From Wolbachia endosymbiont of Litomosoides sigmodontis (GTDB lineage Bacteria > Pseudomonadota > Alphaproteobacteria > Rickettsiales > Anaplasmataceae): a DNA stretch of 32,000 bases. Both the position numbers and the translations under genes were made by a program. Position 1 is the first letter of the stretch, and each line of letters starts with the position of its first letter. The stretch spans positions 510,001-542,000 of the forward strand of contig NZ_CP046577.1 of assembly GCF_013365435.1 (NCBI RefSeq). Reading direction: 5' to 3'. The notes below the pieces were generated by a model. It ran no database searches, was not told the DNA's origin, and saw only the letters and a list, made by a program, of their open reading frames with translations. This document shows positions 8,514-18,039 of the stretch, piece by piece.

Positions 8514-9735
8514 AACGTAATATCTCCGCAGGATCTTGCATAGCTGCCTGTAATGCAGGAGCAACTGCTGCTAGAAATGATAAGAATAATGTAAGTGCGG
8601 AAATATTTACTACGTCTTGAGGGACTAATATTACTGGTAAACTTGAAAAAAAGTATATCACAGGATCGAGTAGCTTGACGTTAGTAATACTTTCTAAAAA
8701 TACTCTGATATTTTCAATATTAAGGGAAAAAACAACACCTATAATACAACCAAGACAAGTCCCTGTAAAACCAATTAGTAACCCACAAATGCAAAATATG
8801 CGCATAATGCTTCCACTTGTTGCACCAAATGTGCGCATAATTGCAATCGCAGATTTTTTTTCTCGCACTATCATCATTAAATTCGAGGCAATATTGAATG
8901 CCGCCACAATTATAATCAAAGTAAGAATTAAAAACATCACATTCCTTTCAGTTTTCAAAGCATTAAAATAGTGGCTTTGTTGCAATTGCCAACTTTTAGC
9001 TTCCATTCCTGTTTCTTTTTCTATAGTATTTGCTATCCTATCAGCTTTAGTAACGTCGTCCACAAATATCTCTATGTTTCTTATACTATCTCTGTAGTTA
9101 AAAAAAGCCTGCGCTGGTTTTATGGGCATGTATATCAAAGTATTATCATACTCAAACATACCCATGTCAAATATGGCTACGACTTCATATTCTTTCATTC
9201 TCAGCATTTCACCAAGCAATGCATCAAACCCATCAGGTGATATAAGAACAATTTTGCCTCCATAATCAACGTTCAATACTTCCGCTAAGCGTGCCCCTAT
9301 TATTACTCCTTTATCGAATTTTTTTACATCACCTATAATTACACTATTTTTAACAGTAGTATTATCAAGTAAGTCTTTAGCTGATATACCTCGCACTACA
9401 GCACCAACAATTCCGCCATTTGCTGTAATAATAACCTGATCATTGGTCATTGGAGTCGCTTTTAATACACCTGGAATTTTCCCAATAGATTCTAATACTG
9501 CATGGTAATCTGAATTTATGTTTCTATCAAAATAAACATTGATATGGCCATCAATGCCAAGTATTGAGTCAAGTAACTTTATTCTAAATCCGTTCATTAC
9601 AGACATTACCACTATTAACGTTGCAACTCCAAGAGCAATACCAATAATAGAGAACAAAGTCATTACGGAGCAAAATTTGCCACTCTTTGCCTGCAAATAG
9701 CGAATAGCTATGGTAATTTCAAAGGCAATGGACAT
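8506..9735 (-). CDS. lolE: Lipoprotein-releasing system permease, LolC/LolE family (FtsX-type)
   Basis: 409 aa with the N-terminal 'IAIRYLQAKSG', one TM segment, a large periplasmic domain, and three C-terminal TM segments. This is the typical LolC/E architecture. Confidence 0.85.
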   Translation of the reverse strand: MSIAFEITIAIRYLQAKSGKFCSVMTLFSIIGIALGVATLIVVMSVMNGFRIKLLDSILGIDGHINVYFDRNINSDYHAVLESIGKIPGVLKATPMTNDQVIITANGGIVGAVVRGISAKDLLDNTTVKNSVIIGDVKKFDKGVIIGARLAEVLNVDYGGKIVLISPDGFDALLGEMLRMKEYEVVAIFDMGMFEYDNTLIYMPIKPAQAFFNYRDSIRNIEIFVDDVTKADRIANTIEKETGMEAKSWQLQQSHYFNALKTERNVMFLILTLIIIVAAFNIASNLMMIVREKKSAIAIMRTFGATSGSIMRIFCICGLLIGFTGTCLGCIIGVVFSLNIENIRVFLESITNVKLLDPVIYFFSSLPVILVPQDVVNISALTLFLSFLAAVAPALQAAMQDPAEILRYE

Positions 9736-9838
9736 TATTTCTGGTTAAACATTATATTTTAAAGATTCATATAATCTTAGATTTCATAACCTTCTATATA
9801 CATCATCTAATCTAATATCATTCCCAACTGGGCATAAA

Positions 9839-9927
9839 GAATAGATAGACAATAGTTGTATGGAGCTTTATCTATACAGTTAGTGTATGTATCTTGAAAT
9901 GCAACATATTTTTTGTGCTAAAACTAT
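9839..9927 (+). repeat. MITE-like repeat, degenerate copy F
   Basis: 'aatagatagacaatag...cttgaaatgcaacatattttttgtgctaaaacta' matches the copy B end ('atagacaataatag') and core ('cattgaaatc...aacatattatgttgcaaataaaacta'), with internal deletions. Confidence 0.4.
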
Positions 9928-10013
9928 TATACATTACCTATCAGTTTCCTATGGAAAAGATTGAACACAATAAATACCAGGGGCTAATAAATTTACGTAG
10001 GCTATAAAACTGC

Positions 10014-10901
10014 TTAATGGGCACCCAAGACCCTTATTTCCCATTCAAGTTCAATGTTAAATTTGTTTTTTACTGCATCTCTTACCTTGTTGCCAAGGTT
10101 TTCCAAATCAGATGCAGTTGCATTATTGTAATTAAGTAAGAAATTGCAGTGCTTCTTAGAAATTTTAGCTCCACCATTATTTAATCCTCGACAACCAGAT
10201 CCATCAATCAGTTTCCATGCTTGGTAAGCTCTGGGATTTTTGAATATACACCCGGCAGTTTTTCCTCTCACTAGCTGGCTCTTGTTTTTTTTATCAATAA
10301 TTTCTTTTAATTTATATAATATAACCTCATGCCTTGAACTTACCCCTTTAAACTCAGCTTCGATAAAAATCCACTGCCCTTTTAAGCTGTGCCCACGATA
10401 AATATAACCCATTTCTTTGCTGGAGAATTCATATAGATTTCCATCACTTAGATTCACCGCCTTTATAGATTGAACAACGCTTGCAATATCACTACAATAT
10501 GCACCTGCATTCATTTCTATTCCACCACCAATTGTTCCTGGAATTCCAACTAGAAACTCAAGCCCACTAATTTGTTGCTCTCCTGCAAAGTAAGCAAGAT
10601 TGCTGAGTGAAACAGCACCACCTGCAACGATAGAGTTGTTACTTTTGCATTTAATATATGAAAACTCCTTACCTAATTTTATTGTTATTCCTCGAATGCC
10701 ACTATCACGCACTATTATATTGGATGTTGCACCAATAACACTAATTGGTAATTCAGTATTCTTGATTAAAAATATTAAATCTTCAATGTCACGTGGTTTA
10801 AACAATACATCAGCTTGTCCACCAACATTTAACCATGTTATTTTAGACATTAGGACACTATAACGATAGATTCCACATACTTCAGGTAAGCTTATAGGCA
10901 T
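10014..10901 (-). CDS. murB: UDP-N-acetylenolpyruvoylglucosamine reductase
   Basis: 295 aa with an FAD-binding N-terminal region ('TWLNVGGQADVLFKPRDIEDL', 'GATSNIIVRDSGIRG') and a C-terminal MurB domain ('SAGCIFKNP'-like 'TAGCIFKNP'). It overlaps the hemC stop by 10 nt. Confidence 0.9.
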   Translation of the reverse strand: MPISLPEVCGIYRYSVLMSKITWLNVGGQADVLFKPRDIEDLIFLIKNTELPISVIGATSNIIVRDSGIRGITIKLGKEFSYIKCKSNNSIVAGGAVSLSNLAYFAGEQQISGLEFLVGIPGTIGGGIEMNAGAYCSDIASVVQSIKAVNLSDGNLYEFSSKEMGYIYRGHSLKGQWIFIEAEFKGVSSRHEVILYKLKEIIDKKNKSQLVRGKTAGCIFKNPRAYQAWKLIDGSGCRGLNNGGAKISKKHCNFLLNYNNATASDLENLGNKVRDAVKNKFNIELEWEIRVLGAH

Positions 10902-11770
10902 TTTGATTTTAATTCCAGTCCTGCATCCATACCAATTTTTTCTGCATCTTCTATAAATGAAGTGCGCTCAGTAAAGTATATATTTTTTTTATCTGCCAAC
11001 ATACAATAAAGATGTAGCACATTTTTACCCACATATTTTGCCAAAGCTGCAAGTGGTGTAAAGCATGACCCATTTACTGTTTTCATAAAGCTGCGTTCTG
11101 ATCTCACTCTTATAAAAGACTTATTGTTATTGATTTTCTCTAAAAGATCTATAATTTTTACGTCATTTTTTCTACATTGAATGCAAATTGCCCCCTGTCC
11201 TACTGCACTTAACATAGTTTTCGGTGACAATACCTCCGTAATCAAGTAGTCCTTTTTTAACCTTATTAATCCTGCTTCAGCTAGAATTATTCCATCAAAA
11301 TTTTGATTCTGCAGTCTAGTTGTCACATTTCCACGCAGTGGCACTATATTTAAATCTGGTCTAAAATTTAGCAACTGAACTCTTCTTCTTATTGAGGAAG
11401 TTGCAATTATAGCTCGTTGTGGCAAAGATTTAAGACTATCATACTTATTAGAAATAAATGTATCGTATGGGCTTAACCTCTCTAGAATACAAGGAATTAT
11501 TAAGTCTTTTGAAAAAAATGCAGGAACATCTTTTAGTGAATGAACTGCCATATCTATGTTGCTCTCAATCAATTCAGTCTCAATTTCTTTAATGAACAGT
11601 CCTTTACCTCCTATTTCGGCAAGGTTAGCATTTGCATATTTATCACCGGAAGTTTTTATTTTAATGATCTCAATAGATAAATTAGGAAAAAAATCCAACA
11701 ACTTTTGTTTTGCTTCCAAAACTTGAGCAATTGCAAGACTGCTTCCTCTGGTACCCATTCTGATTAACAT
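10892..11770 (-). CDS. hemC: Porphobilinogen deaminase (hydroxymethylbilane synthase)
   Basis: 292 aa with 'GTRGSSLAIAQ', 'HSLKDVP', 'SIRRRVQL', and the cofactor cysteine context 'NGSCFTPLAA'. Confidence 0.9.
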   Translation of the reverse strand: MLIRMGTRGSSLAIAQVLEAKQKLLDFFPNLSIEIIKIKTSGDKYANANLAEIGGKGLFIKEIETELIESNIDMAVHSLKDVPAFFSKDLIIPCILERLSPYDTFISNKYDSLKSLPQRAIIATSSIRRRVQLLNFRPDLNIVPLRGNVTTRLQNQNFDGIILAEAGLIRLKKDYLITEVLSPKTMLSAVGQGAICIQCRKNDVKIIDLLEKINNNKSFIRVRSERSFMKTVNGSCFTPLAALAKYVGKNVLHLYCMLADKKNIYFTERTSFIEDAEKIGMDAGLELKSKCL

Positions 11771-11849
11771 ATATTAAGTAGCTTTGAGAAAATTAATTAA
11801 CAAATTGTTTAAGTTTTACGTCGTCATGTCTATCTTTTATTTTCTGTAA

Positions 11850-12430
11850 TACCAATTCTTGTTGTTAATGGGTAAAAAATAAGTGGCATTTGTATTTAAG
11901 ATTGGTGAGTATAGTCGTAAGTATATAATTTCACAATATTTTTAGGTACATAAGGCTTCTCGCGTTCTTAAATATTGTGGCATTCAATACAAATAAGCTA
12001 AAACTTTCTTCACTTCTATGATTAATTGTACTGTAGAAATAAAAATTTTGTCTACCTACTTTTACTTTAATCTATGTTCTAACGCCCCTTTTTAACCACT
12101 CATGTATATAACTTTCTAGTATGTAATAAATCATGATTCATCAAAGATGAATAACTCTTGTCAGGATACTTACCAATAGTTTTATTAAGCTTTTTCAAAC
12201 TTTTCCCTACCTTCCTTTATCTTGTTAGGTGTACTGCAAATTTGCTGACATTAAAGCTAAATTTTTCTTGGATTCTCATTCTCGTTCTCTTAACAATAAT
12301 TTTTTGAATTTGGCATAGAGCAAATTGGAGCCATTAATAAACTAAACTTCTAGCTTTTCGCTGATGCTTTAGGGAAAGCTCATATTATAAAGAAATTTGA
12401 TAAAGTATAGCTAAGGAAAATTGATAAAAA
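11850..12430 (-). mobile_element. Decayed IS630-family element (internally deleted, many frame disruptions)
   Basis: It begins with the same TA + 'ccaattcttgttgtt' terminus as 24987-25003. It shares the exact 26-mer 'attcatcaaagatgaataactcttgt' (12136-12161 = 25344-25369) and 'gctgacattaaagctaaatttttcttggattctcatt'. The degenerate far end is 'aggaaaattgataaa'. Confidence 0.6.
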
Positions 12431-12734
12431 TAAGGGGGCAATTCACTGCGTCCTAATTTAACAATTAAAATACTACCTAAAAAAATAAAGCACATAATGG
12501 TCTGGAATATTAAAATCAATTTTGATAGAGATTAGAGTAAAAAAATTGATTATTGTAAAACATCAATCACTTTGATCCCATTACCGATAATTTGCGTAGG
12601 AGTTTAAAGAGCGCTATGTATACATATGTAAAAAACGAAAGATTGAACTTTAGCAAAGGAACCTAAAGTCTTTGCAGTTTACATGCTGAAAAATTGCAGA
12701 TGGATTAGATCTTACTCATGTTTTCTATACCTTG

Positions 12735-12809
12735 TGCACCCTGAGCGACTTGAACGCCCGACCTTTTGATCCGTAGTCAAATGCTCTAATCCAACTGAGC
12801 TAAGGGTGC
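12735..12809 (-). tRNA. tRNA-Arg (anticodon ACG)
   Basis: The reverse complement folds as a cloverleaf: acceptor GCACCCT/AGGGTGC, D-arm GCTC-AGTTGGATTA-GAGC, anticodon arm TTTGA-CTACGGA-TCAAA, T-arm GGGCG-TTCAAGT-CGCTC, discriminator A. It is 75 nt and CCA is not encoded. Confidence 0.9.
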
Positions 12810-12849
12810 ATTCATAAAATGAACTTTAACAGATTTATAGCTTAATTCA

Positions 12850-13016
12850 ATTAATTTGGTTGAATAAAAAAACAGAATTCTGCTTATTACTGTAAACTTA
12901 CTGACATTTAAGCCAAATTTTTCCTTGATTCTCATTTCTTCCAAATTTTAAGTACTTTATCTATAATGCTATTTCTTGTATAGTGATAATTAGTATAATA
13001 ATGAGAATTATGGTAT
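12850..13016 (-). mobile_element. Decayed IS630-family fragment (5' part with terminal repeat)
   Basis: 'ttactgacatttaagccaaatttttccttgattctcatttc' matches 25491-25540 and 12240-12280. The end 'aataatgagaattatggtat' (12997-13016) matches the terminal repeat 'aacagtgaaaattggtat' / 'aacaatgagaattggtat'. Confidence 0.45.
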
Positions 13017-13149
13017 TACTACTAATCATTTTGTATGAAAGTGCGAGTGCTAGTTTATTGTGTAAATTCCCTATTACTACTCTCCGCAAGTAAAATAACT
13101 GCCAAAGTAGCATGAATGCTAAATGGATCAAGTTAGTTTCATATAGTAA

Positions 13150-15729
13150 TTAATATGAATCTATGCTTACAATAAACTTTCTACTTTTAGTTGTAAGTCC
13201 TTCTTGTGTATTTTCATCACTCCATTCTATCATTTCAGCATTGCAGATCGTCTGTAAATCATTTTGCGCAGACTGATTCAACTTATCCTCTTGTACATTT
13301 GCTTTTATTATTAATTTTTTTATCAAATGCTTAACTGAGACATTATTGTCCGCTTTTATTTTTCTCACGATATTTAATATCTGCATGAAATTATCTCCCA
13401 TTTCTTCAGAATGCTTATCATAGATAAGCTCTTCCTTATTCGGCCAATTACCTCTATTATGCACAGAATTATAGCTATATAGTTGATGGTATATTTCTTC
13501 CGTAATATATGGTAGAAAAGGTGCAAATAACCGCAAAATAATATTTAATACACACGTCAAGCTTTGTTTCGCACTTAAATTTTCCTTACTGCTTACTTTA
13601 TTTCCGTATGCACGTTTCTTTGCTAATTCCAAATAATTGTTACAAAAATCTTTCCAAAAAAATTCTTCTACTGTACTCAAAGCTACACAGTATTCAAATT
13701 GTAATAAGTTATCCGTTGCTTTTTCTATAACCTTGTATAATTTAGACAATATCCACTGATCCATTGTCTCACTGACAGAATTTATATTTATAGCTTGATG
13801 CTTTTCTATGAACATAGAAACAAACTTGCTGGCATTCCAAAGTTTTGTAACAAGGCGCTTGCCAATTTTTAATGTATTTTCAGAATATACTGTATCAACC
13901 CCAAGATTTGAGTTTGCTGCCCAATAACGCACTACATCTGCACCGTATATATCAAGTATCGACTTTGGAGTTATTATGTTACCTTTTGATTTACTCATCT
14001 TTTTCTTATCATCAGCTAAGCACCAGCCACTGATCATGATATTTTTCCATGGTAAAGAATTTGCATGGTAGTACGCTTTCAAAATCGTATAAAAAGCCCA
14101 AGTTCTTATTATTTCATGGCTTTGGCTACGTAGATCCGCAGGAAATATCTTGTTATAACGGTGATTTAGCAAGCTAAACTCACTATTTATTGCTAATGCA
14201 TTCAGTTGAGGAGTAATTGCACTTGTAGCCCAGGTATCCATTACATCTTGATCTGGAATCACCTCATTCTTACTATACCCCTTAGGCAAATCCTTCAATG
14301 GATCTATAGGCAAGTTATTTACTTCAGCTATGATGATTTTACCTTCTTCCCCTTTACGTTTTGAATACCACACTGGAAATGGTACACCAAAATAACGTTG
14401 CCTTGAGATACACCAGTTCCAATTTAGTCCTTCTATCCACACTTCTATACGCTTGCGCATGGTGCTTGGGTGCCAGTTACATTCTTTTACTTTATCTAAT
14501 ATCTGAGCTTTTTGATCTAAAGTCTTAATAAACCATTGATAAGTAGGCAATATTTCAAGTGGCGCACCAGACCTCTCTGCATATTTGACAGAATGAGAAA
14601 TGTTGATGCTTTCTGTTAGAAGTCCTCTTTTAGTTAAAATTTCAATTATCCTCTTTCTTGCTTCTCTAATCCTTAGTCCATTGATTTCATTGTAGACTTC
14701 AGTATTACACACTGGAATGACGCTATGATGTAGTGAAATTGCACCTTCCTTTATAATCTTAGTACTTCTTTCTTCTGTCATTCCATTACCTTGACAATGG
14801 GATCTATTACTATCGTACACTGAATAATTTAGGTTTATTCTTCCATCCTGATCTATAATAATCTTTATCGGCAAATTATGTTTTTGTTGCCAATATATGT
14901 CAAGTTCATCACCGAATGTACAACACATAACAAGCCCAGTACCTTTATCTACCTTAACCTTATCATCAGCTATTATTGGAACTTTTGCTCCTATTATTGG
15001 TACTACAGATGTTTTTCCGATCAGATGAGCATAACGTGCATCCTCTGGGTGGCAAAAAACTGCAACACATGCTGGAAGTAACTCAGGCCGCGTCGTTGCA
15101 ATATCGATTTGCTCATTTTCTTCAGTGGAAAAAGTTATTGTGTTTAAAGATGACTCACAGACTTTTTCTTCTATTTCTGCTTGTGCAATTGCTGTTTTAT
15201 CAATCGGATCCCAAAGAATAGGCTGCATCTTTTTATATGCATATCCCTTATTATATAGATCAATGAACGACATTTGAGAAAGCGTTACAGTTTCTTTGCT
15301 GATTGTATGGTATACCAAACCCCAGTCATAACTAATACCAACTGATCTGAATAGTTCCTTAAATTCTTGCTTTGATTTTTCGATAACGTTATAGCACATC
15401 TCTATAAATTTTTCTCTGCCAACTTCTCTTGCACGGGTTTTATAAGTTTGTTCTACCAATCTTTCAGTAGGAAGGCCATTGTTATCAAATCCAATTGGAT
15501 AAAAGACATCTTTTCCAAGCATGCGTTGAAATCTTGCAATAAAGTCTGTGTGACAATAGCTGAATATGTGACCAATATGCAATTTACCTGATATCGTTGG
15601 CGGAGGTGTATCTATAGTAAAAGTATTCTCCTTTTTACCATTCCATTTATAAATCCCTCTACCTTCCCATAACATATTATACTTATTTTCAACTTCTTTG
15701 AAGCTGTATTTTTTTTCTAACATGATCAC
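13150..15729 (-). CDS. valS: Valine--tRNA ligase
   Basis: 859 aa with the class I motifs 'PPPTISGKLHIGH' and 'KMSKSKGN' and the editing-domain region 'TTRPELLPACVAV...CCTFGDELD'. It carries an extra palindromic-repeat-derived segment (see 14700-14803). Confidence 0.92.
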   Translation of the reverse strand: MIMLEKKYSFKEVENKYNMLWEGRGIYKWNGKKENTFTIDTPPPTISGKLHIGHIFSYCHTDFIARFQRMLGKDVFYPIGFDNNGLPTERLVEQTYKTRAREVGREKFIEMCYNVIEKSKQEFKELFRSVGISYDWGLVYHTISKETVTLSQMSFIDLYNKGYAYKKMQPILWDPIDKTAIAQAEIEEKVCESSLNTITFSTEENEQIDIATTRPELLPACVAVFCHPEDARYAHLIGKTSVVPIIGAKVPIIADDKVKVDKGTGLVMCCTFGDELDIYWQQKHNLPIKIIIDQDGRINLNYSVYDSNRSHCQGNGMTEERSTKIIKEGAISLHHSVIPVCNTEVYNEINGLRIREARKRIIEILTKRGLLTESINISHSVKYAERSGAPLEILPTYQWFIKTLDQKAQILDKVKECNWHPSTMRKRIEVWIEGLNWNWCISRQRYFGVPFPVWYSKRKGEEGKIIIAEVNNLPIDPLKDLPKGYSKNEVIPDQDVMDTWATSAITPQLNALAINSEFSLLNHRYNKIFPADLRSQSHEIIRTWAFYTILKAYYHANSLPWKNIMISGWCLADDKKKMSKSKGNIITPKSILDIYGADVVRYWAANSNLGVDTVYSENTLKIGKRLVTKLWNASKFVSMFIEKHQAININSVSETMDQWILSKLYKVIEKATDNLLQFEYCVALSTVEEFFWKDFCNNYLELAKKRAYGNKVSSKENLSAKQSLTCVLNIILRLFAPFLPYITEEIYHQLYSYNSVHNRGNWPNKEELIYDKHSEEMGDNFMQILNIVRKIKADNNVSVKHLIKKLIIKANVQEDKLNQSAQNDLQTICNAEMIEWSDENTQEGLTTKSRKFIVSIDSY
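14700..14803. repeat. Palindromic element inserted in frame within valS
   Basis: 'cagtattacacactggaatgacgc' (14700-14723) and 'gtcattccattaccttgacaatggg' (14778-14803). tggaatgac and gtcattcca form a perfect 9-bp stem around a ~53-nt loop. The segment is translated as '...RSHCQGNGMTEERSTKIIKEGAISLHHSVIPVCNTEV...'. Confidence 0.65.
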
Positions 15730-15861
15730 TTAAAGTATTCCTTAATTTCAAATCAATAGCCTAACATAAGCGGTTTCCCTATGTATAACTAAATTTCCTG
15801 AATCTAAGTGTCAAGCACATATCTGGATTACACCAGACCAATTTCCACTGTGCAAGAAACA

Positions 15862-15977
15862 GATAGACAATAATGAAAAAAAAGAAGCCTTTGACGAATC
15901 GCGGTTGGTACGCATTCGAAAGTTGGATAAGGGTGGTTTAAAATGGCATTAAAACACAAGTAAAATTAGATAGACAA
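15862..15977 (+). repeat. MITE-like repeat, copy D
   Basis: 'gatagacaataatgaaaaaaaagaagcc' matches the copy B terminal repeat. 'ggtttaaaatggcattaaaacacaag' matches the shared core. It ends in a second 'gatagacaaaaa'. A palindromic motif, 'ctaagtgtcaagcacat', lies just upstream at 15804-15820. Confidence 0.5.
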
Positions 15978-16023
15978 AAATTTTATCTCTTTTATACCGT
16001 GTATTAACACTAATTGTATGAAC

Positions 16024-16271
16024 GTATCTCTTGAATAAATGTGCAATTTTTAAAATACAAGAAGCCATTGAGTTCAATCATACCAAGAGACTTTTGCTGT
16101 ATATAAACAGAACATTTTGCGTAGCAAAGTCTGTGTGTAAATTTACAACTTCTCTTTATTCTCACTACGCAATAAAACAACTCTATAATATCATTTATTT
16201 GTTCTATATAATAGTGAGAATCATATTATGAGCGTGGATCTAGAGACACCTTAAATGTGAGAATTGCAATA
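16024..16271 (+). mobile_element. Decayed IS630-family fragment (3' part) with two tandem terminal-repeat-like ends
   Basis: 'ctcttgaataaatgtgcaa...aagaagccatt' matches 27654-27695. 'ttctcactacgcaataaaacaactctataat' matches 'ttccttactacacaattaaacaattctgcaat'. The ends are 'aatagtgagaatcat' (16210-16224) and 'aaatgtgagaattgcaat' (16253-16270). The 66-aa ORF at 16031-16231 is this remnant. Confidence 0.45.
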
Positions 16272-16523
16272 TGACAAATTGTGCTCTCAGCGCGCTACGC
16301 GAAGGAAGAAGTACTGGAGTGACATTAAAAGAGTTGTCTTTCTAGTGAGTTTCACCTGTAACCAATCATCTTTTACATTTATAGCAACAAGATACTGCTT
16401 TAGGCTATATTCATAGTAGCTTTATCACTAAACTTAAAAGTCAAATCCATATCAGGTTGTAGCTTTACTAAACCCCAAAAAGCAGTCACAATGAAGTAAG
16501 CAAATATTTACAAGTTAAATTTA

Positions 16524-17795
16524 GTGTGCAATCAGCAAACAAGAGCGTTGATATCAACAATACTCTGTAGAATTGCAATATGGTATGATCACATGCTCTT
16601 TATTGATTTGGTCAATATAATCAGTAGAGAGTTTTGTTCTGCAAAAGACGTCTACTACAATATACTGCAATTATTTGGAATTGCAGGGCTGGGTGCTATG
16701 GTCAGGCCACTTGGTGCATCTGCATTTGGTCACATTGGTGATAGGCATGGAAGAAGGATGGCACTAACGATTGCTATCTTGCTAATATCGATCTCATCTA
16801 GTCTTGTCGCGTTTATTCCAGGTTATAATCGAATAGGTATAACCTCTACTATATTACTTCTTGCAATCCATGTAACACAAGGGATTGCGCTAGGCGCTGA
16901 ACAAGGAGGCAGTTCTGTTTATCTCATAGAGCATTTATCCAACAAAAAAAAACTAGGAATGTTTTTTGGAATAATAAGTTTTGGTCGCTCCATTGCTGTC
17001 CTGCTTTCTGTCGTGATAGTGATTATATGCAAAAAAACTACTGATTTTAACGCCTGGGGCTGGAGAATGCCGTTTACTTTTTCAGCAATTTTGGGATTAA
17101 TGAGTGCATATAGTATATACACATTAGGAGAAACCCCAGCATATAAAAAAAATAGAGAACAAAGAAATTTGCCTAATTTACCAATAATAGAGCTTATAAA
17201 GCGCTATAAGAGAGCCATGATACTTGCCGTTTTAATATCTGTACCTGTTAATGTTGCTGTTGGATTTACTATATTTCTTCGAACAATTGCAAAAGAAATA
17301 GTACCAGTTGAGACTTATGTAACAACATATGTTAACGAAATTGTATTGATTATAACCAGTGTATTAATACCAATATCTTCAATAGCACTAGGAATGTTAG
17401 TGGATAGAGTAGGAAAAGAGCGCACTGCAATTTTATTTATAGTAATTACGATGATACTATGTTGTCCTATGTTATCTATTGCATATTACTATAAAAGTTA
17501 CCTTATAATTATGTTGAGTGTAATGGCCCTCTCTATAATAGAAAGGGGTATCAATCCCATAGGAATAGTTGCATCTGAACTCTTCCCTACCAACGTTAGG
17601 TTTAGTGGAGTGAGTTTATCACGCAATATCTCTTTTGCCTTGCATGGTGGATTTACCCCAATGATATGCACTTGGTTTACCATAACGTTCCCTCGAATAA
17701 ATTTTGTTGCTGGACTTTATATAATTTTCTGCTTATTAATCAGTCTGATAGCAATACTACAAATAAAATCACAAGATAAAAATTTTGATTGGTAA
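16524..17795 (+). CDS. Major facilitator superfamily transporter, ProP (proline/betaine)-like
   Basis: 423 aa with about 12 predicted hydrophobic segments, MFS motif A 'GHIGDRHGRRMAL', and the N-terminal 'IWYDHMLF' in the position of the ProP-family 'EWYDF'. The start codon is GTG. Confidence 0.8.
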   Translation: MCNQQTRALISTILCRIAIWYDHMLFIDLVNIISREFCSAKDVYYNILQLFGIAGLGAMVRPLGASAFGHIGDRHGRRMALTIAILLISISSSLVAFIPGYNRIGITSTILLLAIHVTQGIALGAEQGGSSVYLIEHLSNKKKLGMFFGIISFGRSIAVLLSVVIVIICKKTTDFNAWGWRMPFTFSAILGLMSAYSIYTLGETPAYKKNREQRNLPNLPIIELIKRYKRAMILAVLISVPVNVAVGFTIFLRTIAKEIVPVETYVTTYVNEIVLIITSVLIPISSIALGMLVDRVGKERTAILFIVITMILCCPMLSIAYYYKSYLIIMLSVMALSIIERGINPIGIVASELFPTNVRFSGVSLSRNISFALHGGFTPMICTWFTITFPRINFVAGLYIIFCLLISLIAILQIKSQDKNFDW

Positions 17796-17869
17796 AAATT
17801 CTATATAAATTACATACGTTAAGTGAAGCTTACATAGATTATGTATTAGTTGACATAAGTCAAAACTTA

Positions 17870-18015
17870 CCGAAGATCAATAAAATCAGTAACATAATCA
17901 CTTTGCTTGAGAGCGCTTATGTAAATTTATTACCTCTCCTCCTTTCCACTCTGTGGCAGTTAAACAACTTTATAACATCACTTATGTAACTTACTAATAA
18001 GCGGGTAAAATACTA
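17870..18015 (+). mobile_element. Decayed IS630-family fragment (3' part)
   Basis: 'cagtaacataatcactttgcttgagagcgcttatgtaaatttattacctctcct...cagttaaacaactttataacatcacttatgtaac' aligns with 27770-27860 ('cagttactttgcttaagagtgctttatacaatttattacttcctta...caattaaacaattctgcaattttacttatttgac'). The 66-aa ORF at 17789-17989 is this remnant. Confidence 0.45.
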
Positions 18016-18039
18016 CTATGTGCATGGTTATATAAGAAT

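Noticed and set aside
16276-16313. 'cgcgaaggaagaag' resembling the GGAAGGAAGCAG core of SRP (4.5S) RNA domain IV.
   Set aside because: Only the 8-mer GAAGGAAG matches, and I could not draw the flanking helix 8 pairing. The segment looks like another palindromic-repeat fragment ('gtactggagtgac').
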